A stretch of DNA of 64,000 bases, from the NCBI RefSeq assembly GCF_009834535.1, contig NC_045707.1, positions 46,998,001 to 47,062,000 of the forward strand. The letters run 5' to 3'. The translations under genes were made by a program, and so were the position numbers. Shown here piece after piece: positions 52,101 to 64,000 of this stretch (the stretch's first letter is position 1; each line of letters begins with the position of its first letter). This stretch comes from Camelus ferus. Its lineage: Eukaryota. The notes beneath the pieces were generated by a model, which worked only from the letters and a program-made list of their open reading frames with translations, was not told the origin of the DNA and made no database searches.

Positions 52101-52449
52101 ATGTGTCCTCAGAGCCACCCAGAACTGAAAGCCCTACACCAGTGGTTCTCAACCTCCTGCACAGTTGTTACACCTGTGGAGTTTTTTAAACACCGATGCC
52201 TAGAATGTACCCTGAGTGAATTAAATCAGGACCCCTGGGGGTAGGCCCCAGGCACTGATGTTTTTTAAACTCCTAGGGAGATTCCAAGGTTGAGACCCAC
52301 CGCAGAGCAACTCAATCTCATCCTCTCTCTGGGCCTTAGTCTCCTTGCTCTAGAGTTTCAATACAGGGTATTCTTTCCACATGGGATGAGATGGGAGAGC
52401 CCTGGAGAGCAAGAAGGGCCAGGTAAGCCTGACTTTAATAAAGCCTCAT

Positions 52450-52865
52450 ATTGAAGCTACATGGATGGAACTAAAGATGATCATACTAAGTGAAGTAAGT
52501 CACATAGAGAAAGACAAATATCATATGATATTACTTATATGTGGAATCCAAAAAGATGAGACAAATGAACTTACTTACAAACAGATACAGACTCACAGAC
52601 ATAGAAAACAAACCTATGGTTACCAAAGGGGAAAAGGACTGGGGAAGCGATAAATTAGGAGTTTGGGATTAGGATGGGAAACTACTATATATAAAATAGA
52701 TCAACAACAAGGTCCCACAGTATAGCACAGGGAACTATAGTCAATATCTTGTAGTAACCTACAATGATGAAAAAGAATATGTATATATATGTATGACTGG
52801 ATCACTATGCTGTATGCCAGAAACTAACACAGTATTGTAAATCAACCATACTTCAATTTTAAAAA
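52450..52865 (+). mobile_element. L1 3' end (same broad family as the 18.7-kb copy)
   Basis: CATGGATGGAACTAAAGATGATCATACTAAGTGAAGTAAG...TATAGCACAGGGAACTAT...CATACTTCAATTTTAAAAA. Confidence 0.88.
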
Positions 52866-54999
52866 CAGGAAATAAAAGAAAATAACATTAAAAAACCAAA
52901 AAGCTTGGTGAAAATGAGCCAACCATGCTGCAGTCTCGTGCTTCTGGATGTCATAACCTGGTCTAGATGTTGAAGGGAAAGTGGCCTCTCTCTACTCACT
53001 CCTGAAGGGACAGGAGGGGGTGGCAGTGAGAATCGCATCTCCATCCCCAGGACTGTATCTGTCCTTCTCTAAATAACACCTGGAACTGTCTCCTCCCCAA
53101 AGATATTCATGTGTCCTTTACAGACCAGAAGCTGGGTCCCCAGGGGAACAGTGCTCTATCTGCCCCTCCTCACGCTCAGATTCTGCCTCCAATGCCAATT
53201 TCAGAGGATCCAAGTTTGATACTTGTTAAAGCGAATGGCAACGTCCTTACATATCTCCTCTTGATTTGGCTTTTGGCAATAGCTGGCTTTGACGTGAGAT
53301 ACCCCTCCCACCCCCAACCTGATCCTTATACTTTTCTGGTTCCTTCTCTAAATTGAGGTGACAGACAGCAGAGAGGAAATAGGCAGGAAAAAATAGATAA
53401 AAGCATCAGACACAATAGCCTGCACAAAAGTAGAGGGATCAATAACAATAATTATCATTATTATCAGTGCGGCTGTTGTTAACATTATTATAGAGTCTGG
53501 CTGGCATTTCTAGCACTGTGCTAAGTAAGCATTCTGTAGGGATTGTCCCCTGTGTCTTGTCCTCCAATCCTGTGAGGCAGGATTTAACAGAGAAGGGAAG
53601 GAAAGGCACAGAGTGGAGCAATGTTTTGCCTCATTTGATTTGAAAAAAAAAAAAGAATGATTACACGGTTCCCAGAAACACCTAGGAACTTGCTAGAAAT
53701 GCAAATATCCCCTGGCCAGAGCGGAATTCATGGGCGTGCAACCAGTGCAACCACACACAGAAGAGCCTGGCAGTTGAAGTTTAATTTTATCTTTGAATAA
53801 GTGTTTCCTAAGTGAAGTCTGATCAGACAGTGGGGCAAGTTCGGGGCCTTGGACCCTCCGCTCATGGACGGACCCGCCTCCCGTTGCTTCCCTGCATAGG
53901 TTCTAGGCCATCTGCCCCCACCCTCCCTGCCCCAGGGTCCTGCCTCCAACCACCCCAGGAGGTAGTTGGGTTGCACTGATGAGGGGAAGTTTGTGTTGGC
54001 CATCTTCCTCAGTCCCTGGCTGGGGCTAGGGACAAACACAGGAGGGTCGGGGTCGGATGGGCACCCCTGTATGCTCAGGCCAGGGCAAGGCAGCGGCTAT
54101 TCCCATCCAAAGCTGGCAGTTCTACTGAGGCCTTTTAGGGACTTCTTGCTGCCATCCCTGATCCGGGTACTCAGCGAGTCCTGGCGTGGAGGTTGCATTT
54201 CCTTGTGGGGGGAGGGTGTCTGTTAGGGATGCACCAGGGCTGTAGGCCTGTGGGAAGGGCTTCCCCACCCAAGAACAGGGCTATGCATTGTCCTTTTGCC
54301 CTGAACCCAATGAATTATGCAGCTGGCCCTCTCTGCTGCGCCCAGACAACTGGAATCAAAACTCTCAGGGCCAAGCCCAGCAATCAGTTTGAAGAGGCAG
54401 TTTGAAGAGGGCCAGCTGAAGTTTGAGAACCACTGAGTTATAGGGGCACTAAGGAGAAAGTACAAAGGAGGCAGAGGTGAGTGTGGCTTGGCAAGTGACA
54501 GCAGCATGGGAGTCACACAGATTGGGCTCGAATCCCACCCCTTTTCTGAGTGACCCTTAGCAAGTTACTTGCCCCTATTGGTACTGAGAACCCTGGCTAA
54601 TATGTCTTATTGGAATCTTCAAGCAGGAATTTCCTTGGTAACTTTTCCAAGGAATCTTTTGCTTTTTTCGGAAGAACAACCATTTGAATGGCCTTTCAGC
54701 CTCCTACTGATTTCAGTGGATCCTTTCACATCTCACGGGCATTTCTGCCAATACTTTCCCGCCTCTGAATGCCACCTTGTAATCAGTGCTGCTGTGTCCT
54801 GCCCAGATTGCCTTTACCAGGCAGGTGTGGCCATCCCAACAGCTGCTGTGAGTGTCAACTGCTACAGGCTTACAGCTGCACCCATCTCTGGAGAGTTGCC
54901 CCTGATTCATGGAAGCCATCTTACCTAGAAATGTTTGTGAGGCTATTTTATAAAGCCCCTCCCCTTTCCCTCAAGTTGGAACAGCTTTGTGGTACTGCA

Positions 55000-55780
55000 T
55001 GATGTTTCCTGACACCACTCTGAAAACAAAATGTATGGGTTTTAATGCCACCAACCAATTCTCCAGCACCAGCTGGGCATCCAATAATTCAATTCAATTA
55101 ACACTACTTGGAGTTAGTTAACGTTGGATCCCACAATTTAAAGAGTTCAGTCCCACAAGACTGCCTCCACTTCAGATGCTAGCAGCAAGTGGGTTCCCCA
55201 GGTGACCCACACTTCTGCCCAATTGATTACAAATTCAAGGGTTCCAACAATGCCCCCCTCAAATTTGATAGTTCACTGGAATGACTCACAGAACTCTGGA
55301 AAATACTCCACTTACTACTGCAGTTTCCTATAAAGGAGATACAAGTGAACAGCCAGATGAAGAGGTACATAGGGCAGAAGGGTCCCAAGCACAGGAGCTT
55401 CTGTGCTATGGAGTTGGGGTGCACCACACTTCCCGAACATGGATGTGTTTACCAACTCAGAAGTTCTCCAAACCCCATTGTATAGGGGTTTTCTGGAGTT
55501 TTCATTATGTGGGCATGACTGATTAACTCATTGGCCACTGGGGATTGACCTCAATCTCCAATTCCTCTGCCCTCCCCAAGGATTGGGGAGTGGGGCTGAA
55601 AATTCTAACCCTCTAATAATGTGGCTGGTTTTTCTAGTAACCAGTTCCCATCCCAAAGCTATCTGGGGACCCCACAGGACTCATCTCATTAGCATACAAA
55701 AGATAATTTCTTAGTGTTTTAGGAGCCCTGTGCCAGGAACCAGGGACAAGGACCAGATAGTATGTTTTTTATTATACTGC
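55000..55780 (-). mobile_element. MER21-like LTR
   Basis: CAGTCCCACAAGACTGCCTCCACTTCAGATG...GGAATGACTCACAGAACTC...GTGCCAGGAACCAGGGACAAGGACCA. Confidence 0.8.
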
Positions 55781-57084
55781 AGGCAACAGTCATCCTTCAG
55801 AGCTCCTCATGGGATCAGGCTGAGGCTGCACCCACCCCCACCTCTTTGCCTAGCTTCTTTCCTGCCTTGTCTTCCTCCACCCACATCCTCCAAGTTTTCA
55901 CCTCAGAGCCCTCCCTCAACAAAGCACACAAGCCCTACTCTAGCTCTGCTTGCAGGAATCCAACCTAAACCACACCCATAGCTTTCTACTCCCCACAGGG
56001 ATCTGTGTGTTTTTTATGTGACTTCTTTGACTGGGAGTTCCTTGAGATTTAATCCATTTCTAATTTATCTTTGCCTTCCTGTAATGCCTACACAATACTT
56101 TGCACATATAAAATTGTCAGTACAGTTTGTGGAATGGGTATTTCATATTTTGAAATCATTTGCATTGGCTGGCAGGATTAATACATGACTGATTTATTTT
56201 CTCTAATCCTCATTCTACACTCTCACACCCCAACACTTGGCACATGAACAGTTTAATTCTCCCCCACTAAGATGAAAGCAAAGGATTTCAAGAAACAGCT
56301 CAAGAACAGGCCCCTGTGGAAATTCCTCCAGGCCATTCCTGCTTGGTGCCAGAGATAGAGAAGGCTGTTCAGTGCCTCGAGTATTTTTGTTCTTTCCAAC
56401 TTCTCTGCCCAATGAAGTTAAACAGTCCCTAAGAGTAAATAAATGTGGCAAAGATAAAACAAATATTTTTTCCAATTGGATTGGCTCGTTCCTTGTGTGG
56501 GTACAGATGAGGGAAAAACCAGTATGTTTTGATTAAATCAACTGTTGCCATGAAATGATTTGCTTGTTTACTAATGGGCTGTCATATTTCTTGTCATTAT
56601 CTACCAAAGTGGGAATTCTTGGTACTGTTGAAAGGACTGCTCTGAATAGGAAAAACGGGAAGGTTCCTTAACCTAATGTTCTTACTATGTTACAAAGTGT
56701 AAAAACACTGAAGCAGAAGCAACAGGCAAGTAGAACTCTGTATAATTGCAGAGTAGAGAAAAAAAGAGAAGCAGGTAGGCTCTCTCCATATCTCTTTTAG
56801 GAGTCTTTCCTTACCATGTTTCTGAGGACTAATTTTCCCACTTTCCTATCATTTCATATAGTATATATGCATCTCACCCAGCTGCTACTATGATTTGATT
56901 TCCTGCTAAAAGGAAAGGTGGGTGGATCTGGGTGACTCCCATGGTTCTTCCTAACCTAAAAGGTCTTGATGATCACATGAGATGCTACTGAATTCATGAC
57001 GGTGGTTGTTTAGTTATTAATCATATAGGGTGATGGTGATCCCATATTACTGATGGTGATGATGATGATGATGGTTATGATAAT

Positions 57085-57660
57085 GACAGATGGCATTTAT
57101 TGGGCACATGAGACATTGTTCTAGGACTTCACATGTATTAATTGATTAATTCCCATCACAACTATGGGTACCTTTAATATCTTCATTTTACACTAGGCCC
57201 TGGAGAGGTATAGCTCATTGGTAGAGCATGTGCTTAGCATGCACAAGGTCCTGGGTTCAGTCCTCAGTACCTCCAGTGAAACAAACAAACAAACAAACAA
57301 ACAAACAAACAAACAAAAACTAGACCTCGTATATGTTAAGTAACTTGCCTAAGCATAGATGTTGTAAGTGACAGAGCTGACTTTGACCCCAGATAGTCTG
57401 ACTCCAGACCCAGGATTACTAATTACTACACTGTCTAGTAGTATTAGTCATAAAAGCAACCATTAGCATTTATTGAGCCTTAACCACATACCAGCGATGA
57501 TTCTTAATTATATGTATTAATGTCATCAAACCTCATAAAAACTCCATCAGGTAGATATTTATCATCCTCTTTTACTAGGGCACAGAGAGGTTAAGTAACT
57601 TGCCTAGGATTACCCAGCTGGTCAGTGAAGGAACGGTTTCAAGTCTGTGTAAGAGTGCCT
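57085..57660 (-). mobile_element. Two MIR SINEs in tandem; the first is interrupted by the camelid-type SINE
   Basis: GTTAAGTAACTTGCCT core twice (57335 and 57590). Confidence 0.75.
57202..57318 (+). mobile_element. tRNA(Ala)-like camelid-type SINE with (AAAC)n tail, nested in a MIR
   Basis: GGAGAGGTATAGCTCATTGGTAGAGCATGTGCTTAGCATGCACAAGGTCCTGGGTTCAG with A/B boxes; imperfect TSD ACTAGGCCCT/ACTAGACCT. Confidence 0.88.
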
Positions 57661-57894
57661 TCCAAGCAATGCTCTCAGGTTTTCCTGCTTTGCTCACAGG
57701 TGCTCCGAGCTTTGGCTCTGTGGAACATGGGCACACTACTATCAACCACACTTTTAAAGTGTATTCTGTCTCCCCTGGAAAAATATCCAGAGAGCCACAG
57801 AACAGAGACCTAGTCCACCATACACATCTGTCCTGTTTGTTTGCGTGCCCAGTGTTTCCCTCCTCATTTTAGTAAGAGCACTCCTGTTGGGGAA

Positions 57895-58375
57895 TGCATT
57901 AATTTCCTTTCATTGCTGTTTCAAATTACCATACATTTAGTGGCTTAAAACAATACATATTTATTATCTTATTTACTTACTTCTGGAGGTTGGAAGTCCA
58001 AAATAGGTCTTGCTGAGCTAAAGTCAAGGTATCAGCAGGGCTGTGTCCTCCTGGAGTCCCTAGAGGAGAACCTGTTTCTCTGCCTCTTCCAGGTTCTACA
58101 GACACTCCCCATTCTGGGGCTAGTAGCCTCAGTCCTCCATCTTCAAAGGCAGCAATATAGACCAAGCCCTTCTCATGCCACCGTCTTGCTGGCTATTCCT
58201 CTTCTGCCTCCGTCTTCCACTTTTAAGGATGCTGGTGATTATACTGGGTTTACCTGGATAATCTCCCTAGGTCAGCTGATTGGCAACCTTAATTCCTCTT
58301 TGCCATGTGAAGGTTCTCAGGGTTAGGATATAGACCCTTTTGGAGTGGTGTTAGGACATTATTCTGCCTGCCACA
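57895..58375 (-). mobile_element. MaLR LTR (MLT1B-D-like)
   Basis: AAATTACCATACATTTAGTGGCTTAAAACAA...TTCTGGAGGTTGGAAGTCCAA...TCAAGGTATCAGCAGGGCTG...ATTCTGCCTGCCACA. Confidence 0.82.
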
Positions 58376-59559
58376 GAGAACCTCTGCTTTTCACTCTTGG
58401 TTCATATATTCTGGGTTAGTCCAACTCGACAACTCTGGCTCAAAGCATAGGCTTGGAACTTTTACTGGATTTCTTGGAAAAGAACCCCCACCCCCACATC
58501 CCTGCTTCTGATCACAGCTCACCTGCTCTGAAGATGAGCCAGGGATGGGGCCTCTCCCTGACTAGTTGGAGCCCTTTCCCTACCGCAGTTAAATATCATG
58601 ACGATCCTACCCACTGCTGAAGTCAGTGAGCCGGTAGCTGCTGTGTCCACCTTTGCAAAAACATGGGACGAGCATTCCTAAAAATGAAGCCTCTTCTTCC
58701 CGCTGCTTCTTCAGGGAGCTACTATGCAGTACTTGCAATTTCTGAAAAACAAAGACTAGAACAAGACCTCTTTAATGATATCTAGCTTAGCACTGTTTCA
58801 TCCTTTGTTTATCACTTGCTGGCTTGAGTTGAGCATAAGAATGGTCGGTCAATGTTCCTCATTGATTTGGATTCTTTCTCTAGCCTCTCCTTTGTCATTC
58901 TCAGTATCCCCAAAATTAAAATTAAAAAAGGCAGTAAAATATCTTTTTATTAAGATTCTCCTGAAAGACATCTTATAAATCAGGTTTCTGCTACTCGAAT
59001 GCTATGTAAAAAAGACTCCATAGCATCAGTGACTTACCAAAAATATGTCTTTGTCTTCCTCACAGGTCTGTGGGGCAGCTGGGGCAGCTCTGCTTTGGGC
59101 TACCGATGGGATCAGGTCTACTCCACACATTCCTTAGACCAGCAGCTACCTGGGACAGTTCTTCTCATGGTAGAGGACAGGAGCACAAGGATCCAGGCCA
59201 CACTACAGGAGCACATTTAAGGTCTCTGCTTGTGCCATAGCCTCTAACATTTCATTGGCCAAAAAGAGTCATATCCCAGTTCCCACTTCAGTGGGAAATC
59301 TACTCTGATTTCTCCAGCAGGAGACACTGTAGAGAGGGCAACATGGCAAAGTGTGGATGCTTTCTTAGGCATTAGAGAATTGGGACAATTCAGCCCTATC
59401 ATAGACACCCTCCATTTTGATGTTTTCCTTCTCTTTGATAGAAAAGGAGAAAATATCTACATTAAAAGGATTTCTGGGAAAACTTTTTTTTTAAGTTACC
59501 AGGATTAATTAAGATTTCGTCCCACCTCCTACCTGTAAGTCTGATTTCAGAAGCACAGG

Positions 59560-59686
59560 TTTCCAAGACCCCCACACCCAGTTTAATGTTCCACTGTCAC
59601 TATTGTGAAGTTCTTCATAATTTTTGACCAAAGGACCATGCATTTTCATTTTGCACTAGCCCCCACAAATTATGGAGCCAGTCCTG
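59560..59686 (+). mobile_element. MER91A-like hAT-Tip100 fragment
   Basis: GCATTTTCATTTTGCACTAGCCCCCACAAATTATGGAGCCAGTCCTG terminus. Confidence 0.7.
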
Positions 59687-59884
59687 CCTACATATACCAT
59701 ATATGGTTCCAGGTGGTGAGATTTAATGCTCAGAATGGTGACCCCGAGACTTATAGGTTCCAGAGTGATCCAAAATTCAATTATAATTACCATGTTCTTT
59801 TATTCATTCAACATGTTTATTGGGTGCTGTTATAATTCTAAGTTTTAGAGGTAAAACCAAGAACAAACCAGCCCTGCCTTCATA

Positions 59885-60350
59885 TGTTACAGAAACGACA
59901 GGCCAGCCAAAAAACAAGCACCACTCGGAGGGCTGGAGTACTCAGATGTATTACGCCGGCAGGCTCAGAGGGGCTTCTGCTCCGAAGCTCTGAGCACCTC
60001 CAAGATGTGCGCATGAGGTTTTATAGGGTAAAGTACAAGCTTGGGGTATTCAGCCAATAGGCATGGAACAGCTGTAGCAGCATCGTTATCACAAAAGTGG
60101 AGGCAGGGAGGCAGCAAACCAACATTCCAAAGCCAGATATATCTCTTTGAAAATCCAGCTGGCTAGCAAAAAAAATATGAGCAGCAAACCAACACTAATT
60201 AACTTAGATTTACGAGTTAGTCCAGCAGAACTCAGATCAGTATTCCGATACTTAGATTTGTGAGTTATCTTGTTAGCCCAGCCCAGCCTCTCCTTCACAT
60301 TCCTAGACTTGTGAGTTATCTTGTTAGACCAGCCCGGCTTTTCCTTCACA
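59885..60350 (-). mobile_element. ERV1-like solo LTR related to the 25-kb LTR
   Basis: TG...CA termini, imperfect TSD CATA/CAGA, minus-strand TATAAAA (~60026) and AATACA; R/U5 segment resembles 25100-25165. Confidence 0.78.
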
Positions 60351-61154
60351 CAGAGTTGACATTGTGCCATCCTTCCTGCTGTGGGCCCACTGGACAGATG
60401 ACACTCATTATAGATATCTATTAAAGGAAAATCAGACATAGGCACTCATAACAGAGTGTGCCACAGATCAAGTACGTTGACGGTCACAAGCAAGTCCAAG
60501 CACCCAGCAGGAACTCCTTCCATCCCAATCTTTTCCTCCCAAGAAAGCTAATCAGGACACAAGTGAAGTAAGAGTGACACTATTAGGGAGATCACCTTAA
60601 AGCCACTCTGCTTTGTAAAGATAATAAATCTTTCACAACTTTGCTACTTTGGATATTATCCTAGTCTCTACAGTGACAAAAAGATCCATTTTAGAAAGGT
60701 TTTCAGCCGTAAAGACTGAAGTCAAAGAGCAGACCGAGCTTCTGGTTAACATTCCCCAGGGGTTCTGCAAATATTGTGAGAAATGCCACTTTGTGACAGC
60801 TTCAGCCAAACCCCAGGCTCGTCCTTCAAGAGATCTGCTCACTTCTGTGTTGCTCAGAGGAATGGAAAGATGTCAAGTTGCTGATCTGCTTGAAAGATCA
60901 AAACAGGTGTATTTCATACTCAAGCAGCAGGGATCCTGCCGTGGGTAGGAACCAGTCTTTTTCCTCATTTGCCTGCTTTACAGAAACACATGCTCTGAGG
61001 CCCAACACCCTCACACCCTTACCCCAAACCAGACTCTGCTTCCAGCAAGCCCAGATGGAGTCAACATGTTCACAACATGCACATACGCCTCCCTGAGACA
61101 GATGGCACCAAGGGCTCCATAAAAGCTTGTTTCTCCGGGTTTCTGGGGCCTAGC

Positions 61155-61332
61155 CTCAGACTTAAGCCTGCATCTGAATCACCTTGGGAGCCTGTTAAAC
61201 ACAGATTCAGGGCTCCATCCTATAGTCCTTGATGCAGTTAAGTCTTGGGTAGGTCCCCCCAAATTTGCTTTTCTAATAAGTTCCCAGATGCCTGATGCTA
61301 CTGGTCTGGGAACCAGCTTCTGAGAACTATTG
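61155..61332. mobile_element. MER5A-like hAT-Charlie MITE
   Basis: GAATCACCTTGGGAGCCTGTTAAACACAGATT...TCTAATAAGTTCCCAGATG...TGAGAAC; a similar copy lies at ~52138-52302. Confidence 0.75.
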
Positions 61333-62704
61333 CACTCAGGCATTGCCTTGGGCCCTGAAAGGTTGCATGAGCAACACGTCTTCAGTGCAAAAGACTCTAA
61401 TTCTCTTTGGCTTCTGAGAGAGCGACATGGCAAAGCTGCTCAGCTTTCCTCAATTCGCATTCATCCTTCACCTCTCTTCAGTAGTCCTCCTGCCTCACAC
61501 ACCACTGAAAGTGTTCTCAGTGAAGTTAAAAGTGGCACACTTACTGCCAAACTTAGTAGATGGGGCATCGCCACTTGGGTGCCTCACCAGCCACTTTGCA
61601 ACCCAGCATATCTACACTGAACTCGCTGCCTAGATTTTCCCTGCACTCTTAGTCTGGTGTTTGAGGCTGCCCAACAGTGTGTATTCCCCTCCTTCTGATA
61701 ACAGTACTGCTCTTATTTGCAGCAACTGCCCTTCTCTACAGTGTAGTTCAGATGTGATTTCCAACCCAACTCTCTTGACACCTTGATTTTGGACGTCTGG
61801 CCTCCAGAACTATGAGAAAATAACTTTCTGTTAAGCCACCCAGTGTGTGATAATTTCTTACAGCAGCCACAGAAGACTAATATACCCTGTTTCCATTCTA
61901 GGGGGAGAGGAGCAGGGGTAGGGGTAGGAGGAGGGGCAGGGGAATCCTGCTTAGGAGATCTGACCTAAGAAACGTAAAGTGGGAAATTTTAAAGCTTCCT
62001 CCGGCCGGGTCTGATTACTTGAAAAACAGTCCAGTCACCAGTCTATCCAGTACGAAGACAGTTAACCCAGATACTTGGACAATCGGGTTCCCACAAGTAC
62101 TACTATCTTTCACATCAACCCTGTTTATTCAGTCTCTTGAAGTTGTAGGGCATTCTCTCTCTGTAGACAGAGGACAGACTTTCTTTGTATAGTAAATTAA
62201 GAAAAAAAATTTAGTTTCACTGAACATTTCCTTTCTCGGAAAGCTTAAAATTGATTTCCTTTGTAATTTCCAGTGATAAGTGCTAATAGCAGATGTCCTT
62301 GCCAGTTTTTGTAATCCCAGTGACATCACAGAACGTGCATCACCGTAGAAAATTGTTTTTCTAGGCGGCTGTGATGACATCAACCACTACAAGGTGGGGA
62401 AAAAAGAAACAACAGAAAATTCTACATTCAGTGGCTAACTGACTAATGAAGGATGAACAGGTTTTTAAAGTTAAGTTCCCTTAACTGAGCAGTATTCTCA
62501 ATTACTTGCCTTTATTTATTCAATCTATTTATTTGTATAATCTCACTTATAGTACAAGTCCCTAGTCAGAAAGGCTCCTCACTCCCCAAAAAAGCAGGAA
62601 TTATAGGCTAGAGCTTTAGGGGTTCCTGAGTCACACTGCCTCATGTCATGGCATAAGCAGAAGGGCTAAAAAAAGACCCAGACACAGGGCAAGGAGATAA
62701 TCTT

Positions 62705-62805
62705 GAAGGAAGGAAGGAAGGGGGAAGGAAGAAGAAAAGAAGGAAGGGAAAGGAAAAGAAAGGAAAAGGGAAGGAAAGGAAAGATGAAAAGAAGAGAAAA
62801 GAAAT
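62705..62805. repeat. Polypurine (GAAG/GAAAA)n low-complexity tract
   Basis: About 100 bp of almost pure A/G. Confidence 0.9.
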
Positions 62806-64000
62806 ACAAAAAGCCAATAAGCATTTGGTCTGGGCAACCTTACAAACTATTAGTCAGGGTTCTCTAGAGAAACAAAACTGATAGGATGTGTTTATACAGA
62901 GAGACTGAGCTTCATTTTGTTTCAGAACATCACATAAGAGCTTGATCTCATTTATATACAATTAAATAAGTAAATTGCTGTATTTCCTGGGAAGGACGTT
63001 TACCAAAATCTTAATTGTGGTTATCTCCGAGGGGTGGAATTTCAGGTTATTTAAGTAACATTTACTGGGGGCTTACTGCATGTCAGGCATTCTTTTAAGT
63101 ATTTTACATGGATTGAATTCATGTAATAATCTGTATTCTTGCATTAAAAAAAAAAACCCAAAATCGTGTATCATTTTCCCCCAAAAACTATGAAGCAGTT
63201 TTTGAAAATACCCCTTGTATTCTCATATATGGGCAGCCCTTGTTTCTCAAAGCTCCACAACCTTGGGACCCCTGAGAGTCTGAAACTGCTGTACACAGTT
63301 CCTACCCAGCATTATCATTGGAAATCTCTCCATTTCACATGCACACAAAAAAATGATGCTTTCCCATTACTGTTGGAATGTTTTGTTTGTTTGATTGTTT
63401 TCATGGCCCCTCTTGTTTATAAAGAACTGGGTGAATGAGTAATATGTTCCCTTTAAATCCCCAATCTTACCCTTAACCCTCCACCACAGAAACCCTTCTA
63501 ATGTATTTAGTTTGCATCCTTTTGTTTCTGTATGTTCTTATAAAATGTGCATAGTTGACCTAAACGGTTTGATTTTATTCAAGGGTTCTCTCAGCCACAC
63601 ACCCCACTACAACCACCCATCCAGTGCTGATACCCACTCAGTGCTCTCACTGTTTCTGCTGTTGCTGCCTTAAGGATTCCTAGAATTGCAAGCATGTCCT
63701 CCATCATTCCTCTGCCAACCACTCACCTCCAATCCCATGACTTGCCCCAGTGCTTAAGGTTCATTAGACCATCCAAAAGTCAACCTTGGTTGTTGTTGTT
63801 TTTCATATGTGTAGCCCTCTCTACTGAGAAACTTGCTTCCAGTTTCCCACTCGCCAGCCTGGAGGAAACTGCAAAGCTAGCAACGATTGCCAGGTCAAGT
63901 ACCAAACTAAGGTCCCTGGACAAGGCACTATCTGCCAGCTCTCTCACCTCCGAGTAACTCCTCTGCCTGCTAAGTCACTTCCCTTCTCCACTAGGTGGAA

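Noticed and set aside
57202..57275. tRNA-Ala gene
   Set aside because: Has an (AAAC)n tail, TSD-like flanks and a degenerate cloverleaf, so it is a SINE.
25036..60350. The two LTRs as ends of one provirus capturing SOCS2
   Set aside because: Different U3 sequences, separate TSDs and no gag/pol/env between them.
1..64000. Window-wide enrichment of TTCN3GAA sites (e.g. 3473, 5496, 5758, 19325, 19774, 30835, 33076, 53669, 58471, 59472)
   Set aside because: Roughly 20 are expected by chance in 64 kb at this base composition; only clustered or contextual sites were kept.

Overview
Mammalian genomic DNA, most likely a camelid: it carries two tRNA(Ala)-like SINEs of the camelid type, and I saw no Alu, Bov-tA/BovB, PRE1 or Can-SINE. 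The single protein-coding gene is SOCS2 on the minus strand. Its CDS is join(35476..35338, 33645..33188), 198 aa, with an intact SH2 domain and SOCS box. It sits in a ~3.9 kb CpG island with several alternative non-coding first-exon donors and the E-box plus tandem STAT5 element. The rest is intergenic and repeat-rich (MIR, L2, old and young L1, MaLR/ERVL LTRs, hAT MERs). Not shown by the ORF track are a full-length RPS29 processed pseudogene with an 18-bp TSD inserted in a MIR, two related ERV1-like solo LTRs flanking SOCS2, and an orphan CpG patch at ~17.8 kb. The most interesting observations concern SOCS2 itself: a spliced, Arg-rich +1-frame ORF that starts in a stronger Kozak context than the main AUG and whose stop overlaps Met53 (AUGA), an isoform-dependent uORF, and Cys at position 35 where I recall Arg in other mammals. 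I found no convincing novel multi-gene system. Repeat family names come from recalled consensus sequences and their boundaries are approximate.
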